DNA from: Tubiluchus corallicola | Lineage: Eukaryota; Animalia; Priapulida | Assembly (NCBI GenBank): GCA_030141605.1 | Contig: JAQGDQ010000016.1 | Location: 994,282 to 1,058,281, forward strand | Direction of reading: 5' to 3' | DNA length: 64,000 nt | Part shown: positions 1 to 15,400 of the stretch, piece after piece | Numbering within the stretch: the first letter of the stretch is position 1 | Layout of the letters: every line of letters starts with the position of its first letter | Notes under the pieces: generated by a model | The model's input: the letters and a program-made list of their open reading frames with translations, nothing else | The model's database searches: none | What the model was told of the DNA's origin: nothing | Program-made: the position numbers and the translations under genes

Positions 1-469
1 TCAAATCACTCTCAAAAAAAATCGCGAATGAAACTATTTTTTTACTACTATTATGCCACCAAACACCGATCAAGATGCTCTGGCTGATAAGTAATTATAT
101 CGAAAAGCAACAAGTGGACATAGCAGAGCTTTTAACAAGCAAAAATCTGTTTATTGTATTTTGCACAAACAGATATCGAAATTGTAAACATCAGTATTTA
201 AAATGCATTGTAAGCAAACAGTTTTGTGTAAGCGAGATACTGCTAACTTCTTACATCATATTGGGAAAGATTCAAGGTTTTATTCGTAAATGAGGAGACG
301 TAACAAATGTGGTAAGCTTAATTCACCAGCCACTATGACCGGTTAACAGCAGATGTCTCCCTGTCTTCAGACAGATTTATCATGAATTTGGAAAAACTGG
401 TGCTAAATTTGCACCCTAGTGAATATACCACAATGTACATTTCTAAACACTTAGAAGAATCAATTATAC

Positions 470-3400
470 CTATGCAGAAAAGTCTCTCGGAAAAACGTGA
501 TTGTGTTTCTGCACATTGTCACTAGGAGGCTCGAATAGGTAAACATCATAGCGCTTGCGGCTCCACGAGTAACAGTTACACCATATCCGGCAATGCGTCG
601 AAGACCGGCATGCTCCCTTTCCACCGAAAAATCTGAAACACAGCAAAAGCCATACTGAAAAACACAAATGACATTACATATGCAAGCTAAAAGCTAAACT
701 CATAAAACAGAGAAACAAATTTTAATTCGACATGCTAATCACATATCATCCAACTTTAATTTACTTCCAAACTCAAAACACTATTTTTTATACAAATCAA
801 TTTTAATACAGCACTATAACAAAGTGTGAACATACATATAAAAATTTCACAGTTTATCAACTTCAAAAGCCACAAAAAGATTGGATAGAAATTTATTTTT
901 GATACTGGATGAACTAGCAAAGCTGTGAGGTAATAACACTTAGTTATACATTTGAGACAGTTTACAAAATTTAGAGGCCACGAAAAGTTTGGAAATCCAT
1001 AAATTTTTTGACAATAGATAAATTAACAAATCAAATATTTCATGAACTGCACTTCTAAGCTACTCAAACTCCTGAGGGTACAATGAATGTAGTACATACA
1101 GTAAGCTCGTTCAACAAAAACTCCTGTCAAGACCAGCGTGTATAAGATGAGCCAGAATATGTGCATTCGATGATTCTCTATGTAGCGGACCCAGGCCATT
1201 GTCAACTGTGAGAATGCACTCTTTACAAACATCTGTTTCTGAGTTTCTACTTTGAGCGATGACGATCGTCCTGAACTGTCTGGTGTCCTGCAATAGAAAA
1301 AATAACAAACACTGTTTCAGATATTTAAGGCTGTACAATTTTTTCTTCTTAAATGCTCTATCATCAAGAAAGCTTAGTCTTAATATAGAGATCAGCACAA
1401 GTGTTGAAGAGAGAAAAAGTTTAATATTTATAACTAAATAATTCCATCACTGATGGTTTTGTTTTTTAGTTAATGGTTCCCTTATCTAAAGATAGCGCGA
1501 AATGGTACAAAAATTGAAACACTTCAAATAAAGTTACAAAGTTTTTATCCCTTCTAAATTGCTGATTTTCCCATTAATTCTTTTTTCTTGGTTAAAAAGA
1601 GGTGCACTTACGCTAAGCTCATGTGTAATCAATGGTTTAATTTTTTCTTGAATAATCACACTAAAAAAGTGTAAAAACAATCAGGGAAATCTTTCCGTAT
1701 AATTAAGTTCCTGGCAATCTATCATATTTTTACTCTCTGATTACAGCCTTTACTTCAGTGGTATGTGGTATACTGTGGGGTAATTTGTATCACAAATTTG
1801 CAATAAGTGTAATTAGGACTAAATATGAATTTATTGACAAAAAATTACTATTTACTCCGAAAGTTCTTTATATTATTATTATTATTATTAATTTTATTGC
1901 TAGGCCTAGAGTCACCAGACCTGTGTTGGGTTGTGTGGCCGAGTGGTTTACATTTCAGAATGCAGCCACGTAGTCTTGAGTTCGAGACTAGTGGCTGCTA
2001 AAGCCAGGATGTATACCCTACATGTTATTTGTTATTTGTGTGTTTGCGTCCTTACTTGTATTGTTGTAAGTGTAAGTATCTAAATAGCCGTTAGTGCTAA
2101 TTTTATCTGTTAAATGAGCGGTAAATAAATCTTGTCTTTGTCTTTGTCTTTTTTTAGACCCAAGAGTCAATAAATCCAACATTATTTATAAACTGTGGCA
2201 TTCTCAACACAGCAAATACAGGTAATACACAGGCTCCCCCCCAAAAAAAGCAAAAAGCATACCCATGATCCTTTTTACTATAAGCCCGAATAATAGTTTT
2301 CCTGGCTCTTGTGGGAGCATTTTCTCTTGGCATGTTTGGCATTGCTACACCAGCACCTAGAAACAACAAAGCAACTACATATTAACTCCACATTTAAAAA
2401 CTTTTAATTCGGGAAAAGCAAGAGAGCCCTTAGTAGAGGAGCATATTTCCCTCTGTGAGATTATGGCGAAAATGTTTTTTCAACATTGACATTTCTAATT
2501 TTCACTTAAACTAAAGCTCTCTGAAAAACACAGCTCTCCATTGTCACATAGAAGTAAGACCCGGGTAGAGAAAGAACTCAAAAGTTATTATCTTAACCAA
2601 CAAAACATGTCAGAGACACAAAGCATATGGGTTTAAATTAAAACACCTTATTAATTGTTGTTGTCTGATGACGGCCATGCAGGCGACAGACAGACGCACA
2701 GAACAAACTGATAATTTTACAGTTCCCACTTCACTGAAGCAACTAATTTACATTTTTGTGGACAAAGGCAACTAATGATTAAATAACAATGACATTCCTT
2801 TACTCAGAGTAACATAAGCAATGATTACTATAATTAACAGCATCCTTATACCTTCCCAATTCAGAGAGGCAGCGTTCAGAACATCTTGGTGTCCTGATAG
2901 CAATTTCTGGAAATCGTCGAATGATATTTCTTGTTTGCTCTCCAGGCCAGCAGTTTGGAACAATGAAAGAATCACTTGATCTATCTCATCATTTGACAAT
3001 TTTTCATTTGCAAGTTCCATAAATGACCTGCAAGTAAAGCAACAAGTCTGCTACAATATCAGTGAACAGATACTCAATAGTTGCATTAGTTATCAGTTCA
3101 GCTGTGCAAGAATTTACAGCATTGGTAAGCTTAAAACAATCATTAACAATGGTTTCAAACATAAAACAGTAAACCTGTTAAAACCTCACAATATATCAAA
3201 AATTGTTACATTAACATCTGATTTTTCATGGTTACTATATGTGCATTTTAGGTTACAAAAATTTAGGCTATAATGGACATGTAAATGGTTGTCATTCGTC
3301 AAAAAATAAACAGCAAATATGTGGTACACAGGGGATATAAGCTACTTGTAAATAAGTTCATTAAAACCAGTATATTCAACACAATAAGTTGCAAGGGACA

Positions 3401-6400
3401 TCACTTAGCAAATTATTTCAGACAATACATGGTTCTTCTATTATGCGCATAAATCTGCAGCTAAAGGAAAATACTTAAGGTTGTAATAGATACATTGTTG
3501 TAAAAATGAAAACAGATACAACTTACAACATTTATACCATATACACTGTTTGATCAAACGAAATACCTGAGCATATTCCGAAATTCATCACGTGACATGT
3601 GCCCTTTCTGATTGATGTCATACATATCAAATAAAAGTTTCCCTTTTGCATCAGGTGTTCCTAAAACAAGAAAAGTAATAAACTTGTAAACCACTTGGAA
3701 AAAAATTGTGTCGTACACAGTCAAATTAAACCAATAAGAAAATGAACTTTTAAAGATAGTAACAATTTTTCGAGCAACTCTGCACAGTGCACATGCTAAA
3801 CACAAAGTAGAACATACAGTGTTCCCTCGCTACTTCGCGGTTCGCTTATTTCGGACTCGCTGTTTCGCAGGTTTTCAAAAATATTAATGTGAAATATTTA
3901 TCGCGGTATTTTTGCTGTTTTGCGGGTTTTTGCGGCAATCCGTCAAAATTACGTATCTAGGTTTAAGAGTTTAAAACATTTTTATGAACATTTAAGTAAA
4001 GTTTTTTAAAACGTACATGTACAGATGTGGGAAAGTTATTAAGGGAATGGGAAAGGGTTATGTATAAGAGTGTGGGCAGGGTTTATAAAGACTTAAAATA
4101 ATGTATAACTACTAAAATAAGTATAGCGTCCCTACTTCACAGAAAATCACTTATCGTGGGGGGACCTGGAATGGAACACCCACGACAAGTGAGGGAACAC
4201 TGTACATGCAGCGAACATGTGAAAAAAACATGCTTACTCTTTGAACTGTAAATGGAAGTCCTTGCTAGTCTAATACACTATGAATGCATATTAGACTTAC
4301 GCAAGTGTGTATTATGAATGGTCTTAGGCAAGCTACTTGTAAACTAGTGTTGCATAGCATAATGTGAAATCATAACACAAAGCAAGTTGTTTAGAGGAAA
4401 AATTGTTTTTGAATACAACTGAGATCTGAAAAAGTGATAAAGTACTGAAAAAATTGAGATATTCAATCTGGAGAAAAAACAAAGAGGAAATGGAAAAACT
4501 GGAATAATCTAGCATTTAATGAATTGATATTTCCAGTTAAATATACCTTTTGTAAAGATACACATCATATCCAAAAATTCACGGAAATTAATAAAGCCTT
4601 TATTGTCCTTGTCAATAAGGTTAAACATCTGTTCGACAAATGTCGTGTCTGGCCGCATGGACAGTGCTTCGGCAAACTCGGCTTTGGTCAACTCACACTG
4701 CAACACCTCCTTTGCTTGTTCACTGTTAAGGTTAACTGCTTCATCACGATCATGCTCTAAATGGAATGCCTGGCAGAAACGCAAAAATGTTAATCTCAAA
4801 TACTAGTTTGTCATAAAATAGAATTAGATAAATAATTTAAACAAGAATACTACTAATTATAAGAACTTCACTAGATGAAAATGTTTTGTAATAGCTCTCA
4901 TTACTTAAACAAAAATCAAATTTACAACAAATTATGGACAAAATTAATTTAATTTCTATAGAAGAAAGTTAAATTAACTTAACTTACTAGCTTATCTTAG
5001 CAATATAAGCTTATCTATAACACAGCTGCTTATACAAATGTGCATATTATCCCATGCTTTGTTCTGATCTAATTGCTTTTTCTTTTTGATAATTTAAAGA
5101 ACTCTGAGGAATATATTTAAACCAGAAAAACTTCGTATTAGCGTTAAACTTCCTGCAAACAGTTTAAAAAATTAGTTTTTATGATATCGTTCTGCCTATA
5201 ATATGTTGTTTATAATATTTCTGTGTAATTTGGCATTTTGCAAGTCGGGAACAAGCATCCAAAAGCAGCAAAGCATATTTAATGCCGATGGTTGTAGCAT
5301 GACTGGCATATGCCGTTATTAAGAAAAATCCTCTAAAATAAGACTATGAACTGGCAAGAATGTCTTAGCCACACTCATCTGTATATGCATTCCCTCTGCA
5401 AGGGAAATAACTGGAGGAATTATGGCAAACCTTGTAGACGCAGTTTTCCTGGCTGTGACTCATTTATTTACTAGTTAGCTCATTTATTGTTAATGCGAGG
5501 TACTGGCATGTGTCCTTCTAACTATTTTTAAAACGTCTGCACATTTACTATTTATTTTTCTTCAAAATTAATAAGAATCTTTAACACATTAATTGTCTGA
5601 ATTACTACTAGAATCATTTCAAGTAATTTTAGTAGGATATCTCCTAAACTGATGATATTAAATTTTTGTATACGAGTTTGCATTAAACTAAATAAATCAA
5701 AAATAAAGGGCATTGTAATAAACCAAAAAATGCACAAAACTCTCGCTTACTTGTGCAAAGGCAACACGGAAAAACTTCTCAAGTTGCGTTTGCCGATGTC
5801 GCTTTGTGTAGGCTGATGTAAATATTTGATTTTGCTTAACGATTCGCCGTTCTCTTCCAATTCCAATCTCTCCAAGAAACTGCTCAAACTTTTCAATGAA
5901 TTCTGTCTGCTCTGTTTGGTTAGGCAATTTTACAACCTAATAAGCACATAAAATAACAAGATTGGTATAAGGCTCAAATTTATAATGAGAATGTGGTTTA
6001 ATAGTAGTATGAACTGACAATTGAAAATTACCATACCACCTCTACTTTGCAGAACTGCTCATGTAGTAACATAGGGCAGACAATTGAAAATTACCATACC
6101 ACCTCTACTTTGCAGAACTGCTCATGTAGTAACATAGGGCAGCCATACATTATTACCTTACTTTCCACAGTCAATCAAAGACATTTACTTAAATTCATTT
6201 TATTTTTACTGATGCTAAATTTCCCAACCAGTACGTTTTTACAGTGGTTAAACAAATGAAGCAAAATTCAGAAAGTCTGATTCGATATGACGCATCAAAA
6301 AATAATATGTCACTAAAGAAATCATAAAAAGCTGCGAATGTACCAAAATCTAAAATACGAAAGCCAAAATACCAAATCGTATTCTCGAGGAATCTTGATT

Positions 6401-9400
6401 CCAACAATTGCATGACCCTTATCAACAGAAACTTCCAGCATGACTGACTGAGCGTGGCTTAAATCTATTGAACGAAGAAGCCGACCCCTCTCATTCAGAA
6501 CTCGCAGCTCCTTTCCAGGACCCAGTTTCAGCTGGATGGTTCGATTGCCATCTTCCTTTCCCTGCCACTCTGTTACTAAAAAAAAATTTTTTTAACTTAA
6601 AAACGATACTTTAAAAGGGATTACTTTTTGTGTAACATCAGATCTGATCACAGACTTGCAGAACCATTTCCTAAAGTCCACAATACCAGTCTCACAAAAG
6701 ATTACTGAATTAAAAGAAGTGAAGCAGTTTTAAGACTGACAATCCTTCAATAAACTTGTACAGGAAAAAAAACCATTTGTATAGTCATTGTGGAAGTATT
6801 AACAAAACATGAAATAAGAAGTCTAACTTTCCTATTGAGTAATATAAGCCTTTAAGTTGGTGAACAAAAACAAAAGAGATCTTAAAAAATGTTTCTCTGG
6901 TGTCAAGTTGAAACTTTGCATTTAATGTTCTGTTCTAAAGCTACAAAGTTCACAAGACAAAGTCGGTGAAAACCAAATCAATAAAATAAAGCACTTTTCT
7001 CAACCTAATCACGTTTTTGCTTAGCAATTGTTTGAGTTGCACCAAATGAATATCATTTGCAAACTGCTGATTTTAGAATAAACATAATTTCAATAATGAT
7101 AACCTTACTTAATGCATATTGTCGATATATAAATAATGCAATATTTACAAAATTTAGTTTGGCTACATAATTTATCATAATTCCCTGCTGAGTCCAACTC
7201 ATTCTAAAGCAATGAAAACAGCAAAGTGCACACGTCTCTGAGAATGGCAAAACTAAATTATTCAACAGTATAACACAAAGAATCATTAAAATGCTAACGA
7301 GGCAAATTATATCAAATTTATACAGTCTATGAAACTTGTTTTTAAAAAAAACCAGAACAACAAACAAGTTGCTGCTTTTAATAAATGGGAAACCGTGGGC
7401 TAACTAATAATAAATAAGGGTGACTGAAGCTGTACTTACACGGAATGATAGTAACATCAGAATGCTTTTTACGAAGTGACGCTTGTATCATTTTTCTATG
7501 CTCCACTACCTGTTTCTCTCTGTGTTTTGCCAGTACAATGAGTAACACCACACACCCTAAAACCAAACAGAGAATTTCAATTATAAGTGCAAACGAAAGT
7601 AACAACAATGTATTAGAATATGCAGAAACCTGCAGTACTTTATAAAATTGGTGATTGCCAGGTTTTTTTGTCGCGCTATACGTTGAGTAATAGCAACAAC
7701 GATAACAACAACTGCAGTGAAGACAACAATAGCAACAAAAAAATTCATATTTCTCGTGCTTACCATATCATAAACAAAAAAACTGCATACTTTCTTACCA
7801 ATGGTAAACAAGCCCACTGCTGTAAATGTTAAGGCATAAGAAACTTCGCTGCCAGAAAAATAATCAAAATGTTGGAGTTCTGTACAATCATCTAAATTGT
7901 CAGCCACTACTGGTCCTGGCATTGGGCAAGGACCTGCATCTGAAATAAAAAGTAAACAATTAGACAACAAATAAACTATGTAACAAAGTCTACATATCCT
8001 ATATATAATAAGGTTGCGGTGCTCAAATGTGATAAACGCTACAATCACAATTTTGACTCTACGACTGGAAAATCCTAATGTTTTGGGTAAATGTCCTTAC
8101 CTTTTCCAAAAGGTGAAAATATAATGCAAAATGGATGGATGAAAATTAAGAAAGGCAAGAAATTTTGGCCAATGTTTATAGGCCTCCAATACAAAGCATG
8201 TTTGTCCACCAAAGGGATTTATTTATCAGCAGTAACTAACTACATTTACAACTAAAACTTTATCACGTAAAATGAGAATAGATTACAGGTAACGTTTTTG
8301 CTCCCAATCGTGTAAGTAGACAGCCAGTGAAAAGGATCGTCTTGAATTCCACCATCGTCCATGTTTTCAGGTATGTGTGTGACGCTGATGATTATATCCC
8401 ACAGCGTGACGTTCCGAATCACATCAATCTCCTCCTTTGTAAATAAACTGAAAAAAATGCACACACATTTATCAGATTAATAATGTTCGAACTATGTATC
8501 TGTTCTAAAGGTGATGCAATGTTAGCCCAACATAAATGCTGTTCAAATATAAATGTTGTCTTGCTATACTAATTGCAGAGAACTGGTATTTCGATACGAA
8601 GTCAAGAAACCTCACTTACCCATTATTTGTATTTTCAAACCAGAAACGATCACCATCTCTAATTCTGCAAAACTGATCACTGATAATTTTCCTAAATGAT
8701 AAAGTAAAAGCTACAAAAACATTCCTAATAAGTGTAATTTAAATAAACTAAACCGAGTTGATCAAAGAAATTTTAAATACTACAGTGATCACTCACACAA
8801 AGAGTTCTCCAGGACATCGGTGTCGAGTTTCCAATATTCCTCCAGGCCAGATGTCTATCTTGTCAATACCACTTTCATTATACAGGTCTATAAGTTTATT
8901 TTGAAGCTGTACATGAAAAATAAGTGAGTTATTTTATGGCAAAAATGAAAAAAAGTGTTATAATGCTAAAAAAATCGGGTATTAAAATAATTAGTAAAAG
9001 TTCCGCAGCCAAAACATGAAACATTATGATACTGTGCTACTTATGCTCTTTCCAAGGGCATTTATCACAATTAGCAAATAAAGGTAATAGGAGAATAAGA
9101 ACTCCCACAATTTACATTCAAGTTATAACTTTTATGGAGTTTGCCATGTTAATGCAGTTTCAACAGCTGGCCCTACTTATATCAATGAAAACTAAATAAG
9201 AAACATAATACCATCAGATAAATGCGCAAAAGCACACATCCAGTGTGCAACTTACATCAGTATCATTTAAAAGCGGAAACCGCACAGAATCATTATCAAT
9301 ACAGCCATCATTTTTGTTTTCCACTTTTGCCTTAAACCAATCAGTAAGTGTGTCATAAACAGTAAGATTGAAATACTTCCGTGCAGTCATGTAGTCAGGC

Positions 9401-12400
9401 AACCCGTGGTCACGCCCTCGCTGAATGTTCACTGCCATCAAATCACGTCTTGAAAACTCAAGCGGGCCAAAAACATTACCTATGACAAAACTGCAATTAT
9501 TCCTCATCATCGATATCATCATCACCATTATCATCATCATCACCATCATTGTCACCATCGCCACTGCCACTAACACCACTGCCACCACCACTTACCAACA
9601 ATAACACCACAAAAAGCATCGCCACTGCTACCATCACCACCACCGCCACCACCACTACGGAAAATACGTACAAATTAAAAATACACCATATTACATAATT
9701 TTATTCGTTAGAACTTCTCTCTGTTCGAAAAGACATAATTCTCAACTTCAAACTTTTGAGTAGTTTACAACTTTTTTCCAATTCTCCTTTAACAAAATAG
9801 CTGTTAAATTAATCATGCTAATCTTCAGTTGTTAATTATTTAATGAACTAGCTTTTTCAAAAAAAATAGCTAGTTTACAAACAATTTACCGAGTGATTCA
9901 GTTTCACTAGTTAATACATTAGATTAACATCATTCTCTTTTTCAAGAAATTTATAAACTGTCAGTAAACACACAACACAACAGGCGCAAAAATCTTTAAA
10001 AATATTGCAAATTTTATGTAACAAACAATATATTCTGAAGTGTTCTACCTCTAAGGTCAGGAGTTATAATGTTATCTTCCCTCTCTGTAATCTGAGATGC
10101 CATTCCCATTAGGAATTCATCAATGTTGCTCTCTCGAATGGATTCCTAGGGAAAACTTTTGAGAATATATTGAAGAAACTTAACAGTGTTTTTGTCAAAA
10201 TTAAGTAGGTATATTTATAAACGATATTCTAAGAGTGAAATTTCATAATTTTGCATTAATAATCTTTTGCTGTGTATCTCTTAATCTAAAGACATTAGTT
10301 CAACAAAAATGTTAGCATGTTTTATTACTGTTGGGCTTGAATGACTAGCAACAAATAAGTGGAATAGCCGAGTGGTTATAGTGTGCGACTAGCTTCAAAA
10401 TAAGCCAAGTCTAGTTGATAAATGGAACAGTGAATCCAAAAAACAGTTCCTACAGAGTTTCACTTGCAAAAATGCTGGAGTAATTTCACTTTTTGAATAT
10501 ACATAGAATGTATGTTTATATTTATAAGCATCTGAACGTGTTTCAGTGGTTCATCTCAGAGCATCATTCTTGGCAACGAGATAAGTTTTGGTCCTACTAC
10601 AGCCACATACTGCAGCATCCTGAATTCTGAATACAGAATATAAAACTGCAAAAAGCAAATAATTTATATCCCAGTAAAAACATTATGTTACTGAAACAGC
10701 TCAGTTGTAACTAGATTTTGGTGGACTCATCTTTGTAAATAAAAATATGGACTAGTTGCACATAGAGAAACAAAAAAGCTATATTTTCATATTAGCATCA
10801 CATTATATTAAAAAGTGAAATGAGTCAGAATTAGGAATGCAATTACAGTAGAACTTTACTACAATAGAATTCACTTAGTAAATCCACGGATAATAAGTCC
10901 AGCTTCTTTTTGTGGCACTGTGGCTGGAACAGAACTGTATAATGCTTTAACTTAGTAAAATCCCAAACTTTACATATTTTGTTTTTCATATTTTGGATTT
11001 TTCCAATTAATTCCTTGTCTTTAGTAGTCTAATTTACACATTACAATGCAGCCAGAAGCATCAGTCAAGCACAAGATAAGAGATATAATTAGGTTAAACT
11101 AACATGCTAATTCTTGCAGATAAACTATTGCATGCAAGAATGGCCACCAAAGCATCACTAATATTAAAGTTACGTGTGTTGTTTTTTAACTTAGCAAACA
11201 GCTTATCACTTATAAAGGATAATGGCATCATAGATAAACAATACATACTTTATGCGAGTTGCCTTAATTATACGAATACTAATAAATTATTAGATTTTAG
11301 TTAAAAACTTTTCGCGAGCAATTTACCAAATGGTAAGAGCGTTGGCTTCGTGTAAGCGAAACGGCCATTACGTTCTCTGACAATATGCACTATAATAACA
11401 TAGGCAAAAGTACCTATTATTATTATTATCAATTTTGTTTCAGACATTTACAGCCCACAAAACAAGAATAAAAATAAGGTACGAGCAAAAACACAGAGTT
11501 AGTTTACAGAAACATATTAAGCTTTTAACAAGAAAGGGTTAGTTAGAATGGGTAAATAAAATTCCCTGCCACAACTTAAAAATGTTTGATCTAAAAACTG
11601 TATCAGTATTGTACAGCAAGTTATTAAAAACAGTGTTCTGACTCAAAAACAGCCTACTTCTGAGACTCGGTGCCTCAGAAGGGTCTGAATAGATCTCTTC
11701 CGTTTATAAATCCATCCTCTTAATAATCAATTTAGCTTCAAATGAAGGTGGATTTATTAAGTAAAGTCTACTGTATCTGATAAACTCATTACACTAAACA
11801 GAGACAGAATACCTGAGGATTCCAAAAGCTGTTACAGGTACGGAGAGCAGTCCTATTTTCTAATTCTGTTAAGCCACCTGACGTCTCACTGCTTGTTTTT
11901 CTGAACTGGCAATCAGCATTTCTATAATATGCAAATAGTGTTATCTAATCAGTTTGCATAATTACTTAGTGAATCATAAATCTTCATACAAAATACATTA
12001 ATTTTCTACTATTGGTACCTAAATACTTCATGTTTTGGCCGTATGTGTAGGGCACTTTTGACAAAACACTGGCAGAAGTCGAAAAATATTTTACAACCAA
12101 AGCCAGACATCAGTTAAAATAATCAAAACTCACTTACTTCAATCATTAAAGCAGTATGAATCAGTGGAAAGATCATTGTTAACTGATAAAACAATAAATG
12201 TTTGTCATAATTTACCGTCGATAAACACCAGGTGGGACGAGAGTGTGACCAAACCGCATTGCAGCTGACTGAAACACAGCAGATATGCCTGGATCCACAT
12301 CTGGTTTATAATCTACAAAATGTGAACAAGCTTTAGTGCCACATTTCATATAACACATTGTTGGTGTATCAATATGGACTGTAAATACCATGCAAAAAAG

Positions 12401-15400
12401 TTGCAGATTTAGACAACACATCAGTTTCACTCACACAAATTAAAAACAATACTGATTGAGTTTGTTCATTGAATCGTGTTTTCAATTCTCAGAAAGTAGT
12501 ATGAAAGTCAGTTATACAAATGTAGCACGCAATTCTAACTAATCATTAGACAAATCACATTTTCTGTCATCCCGCAGAATTTTTTTTCCTAAAAAGACTA
12601 AACATTTTTGTTTCTGAAATGCCAATCCAACCTGTCCACTGATGCAATTCACCTAATACTGTAAGGCAGAATTTAAATATTAAATATTTAATAACTATCT
12701 ATGTAAACGAGCAAAAAGCAATGTTATAAACGAGGGGCAAAATTTTAAACAACTCCTTACGTTCGTAATCAGGCAATTTCTGACCGATCCATTGAGGCAG
12801 CCAATCATAAACAACTATTTTTTGATGAGTAGCAATGACCCACTTTCTGGCTTCATTAAATATTTTCTCATCTGACCAATCATTGTGGCAATTCTTTATC
12901 TGTGCTGCAAGGTAATTATGCCACCGGAACCACAGAATGCCAAACGTGAGCAAGAATGGATTTTCGTTACCACGTGGGTTACCAAGTTCTGAAACACAAA
13001 AGATTCACGCTGGTGTATGTAAGGAAGAATAAATGACAAAATATACTATATACTATGTCAGAAATCCACTTGAGTTTTTATTTTGATTATCAAACTAACG
13101 TGAAAAAGATCAATGCAATATACAAACACTCACTGAAAAATCTATTGACATTTTTTAATCTATCCGCGGTGGTGGAAGATTTCTGATCTCTTGGTGGTGG
13201 TGGATTTGCCATTGGAAGTCGTATTCTGTTGATTTCTGGAAAATTAAATTTTTCATCCTCTTCCTTCTTTAACCTTCCATTTTTAAATTCTCTCAAAGCA
13301 TCTGCCCAGGCCTTTGTAGTGCCATATGTTAGACCTCCATCAAAGTATGCTGTTATTTCATTTAACTAAAAACAGAACAATTCAAAGAGTTTCAAAAGAA
13401 ATTGGCCTGAAAAAAAGTTGGTGGAAGTAATGAGTATTCTGTGCCAGTATGTAAAATGCAAATTTACTTCTGTAATAATAAGTGGTCCTATTTCTGAATA
13501 TTGTGCAAATTTTTGCTCCATGAAGGTGTTTGGTAAATTTTTCAAAAAAAATCTGGCAAGTGAGTGGGTCAGGAAAGTGCCTATTGTGGGAAGGCTCTGA
13601 GAGTCCAAACTATGTCTATTACACAATAAGCTGAATGCTAATATAGCAATGCAGAATGCTAATTCCAGTGATATACAGCACCCTATCTTTCACAAGCCTA
13701 GTCTACAGATTTCAGTTTTATAAGTTTTGCAGAAAAACTGGTAAAACCGGCCAGTTTTGGAAGTTTTCAGCTGTCGTTTCTCGTGAACTTCATGAATTGA
13801 AAAATGAGCTCCTCTATGGAGACTGAGGCAGGTACGTATGATGAACCATTTGTTGTGAACAGTTCAACTGTCGCAGAGAAGATTGTGGATAATACAAACA
13901 AGTCTACAAATAACTAAACATACCCAGAAAATCAATATGTTGACCAGCCGAACCCTGCAATTTTATGTACAAAAATCCACAAAAACAATTCAAGATTCCC
14001 TACAAGCACCAATTCACACCACAACATAACAATACACACACCACACTACACTGCACCAAACTGCAGCACATCATATCACATCAAAACAACAGCACACACC
14101 ACCCATACCTCAACACACCATACTTCACCACAACCAACACTGTACTACATCACACTACACTGCTCCACAACACAACTCACACAACATCCCACCACCCATA
14201 GCACACAACACCAAACCAAAACCAGAACAACAACAACCCACAGCAAACAACACCACACCTAACCATCACGACAACAACCCATGCCACACAACACTGCACC
14301 ACATCATACAATAACCACGACAATGACGACGATGGTGACGGTAACAACAATACCGACAACACAGATGCTCATCATTGAAAAAAATGAGATATGGAGAGTT
14401 TACCTGTTGGCGAGGATTATTAGGTGAAAACCCCGTCCGCATGTCATAACGACTTCGCAGAAATGGCATTACAAACTCAGAATCATTTTCCTTATTATGC
14501 TCATGCCATTCAGGTATTTTAATATTCAAGTATTCAGGTGGGCATCCGGGTCTCTGCGCATCCAGAATTTCTTCAACCACTTGCTGACCTACAATAACAT
14601 ATGAAATTATTATTGGAATAATGTTTCACTATTGATAATAGGAACATTCATTATATTTCATAAGCCAAATTTGCTAGAAAAAGACAATTTGGATGATTTA
14701 AAATTCAAGTTTTAAAAACCTCCAATCAAAGTTTATTTACAATTTTTTTCATTTTCCATTTTTTTGGCTAAATTTGGTCTAAAAAACCAAGGGAGCTTTA
14801 TAATTGAGACAGAAAATTAAATTTATATTATATAATTATTGCTATCAAGTTCAGAGCAAAAAGAATAAATAAACACATTTAAATTGACTTAAAACCACCT
14901 TGTACTAGATGAAGGAGTGCAGAAATAAGCACTCAAGTAGTTCAGTTACAATTATTTACTATCAAAATAACCGACTTTGCTACTTAAATTTTGAAATTAC
15001 TGAAAAATTTGAAAGCAGATTATGATTAACTGCAAAGAAAGGAGCTACACCCAAGAGCTAAAATATCATGTTTGCTTGTTGTGAGATAATCTACCTGATC
15101 TGACAAGGAAACTTCAATGTTAATAAAAATTTCATAGCAAAAACTAGTGACATGTAACTCACCAAAAAATACTAGCAAAGCTGTTTTGTTATCATTAGAT
15201 AAATGGCCAGTTTCTCCTTTAAAAAGCATATCACTAATTTTAAAAGGATTCGGTCTGTCAAGTCCAGAGGCGTCATATGATCCATCCGAGTATGCTGGTG
15301 GTAGAATTCGCACAAGAGGTGTGTCTAAAAACAAAAAAATATAACACGATTATTAGGTTTAGATGTCTAGTTTTAATCGCTACTTTAGTTAGCTTACCAA

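Noticed and set aside
1928-2000. tRNA gene
   Set aside because: A and B boxes are present but no convincing acceptor stem or cloverleaf; better explained as a SINE head
5352-5460. Short similarity (TGTCTTAGCCACAC...) shared with ~23377 and ~43140
   Set aside because: Too degenerate to delimit; probably fragments of an old dispersed repeat
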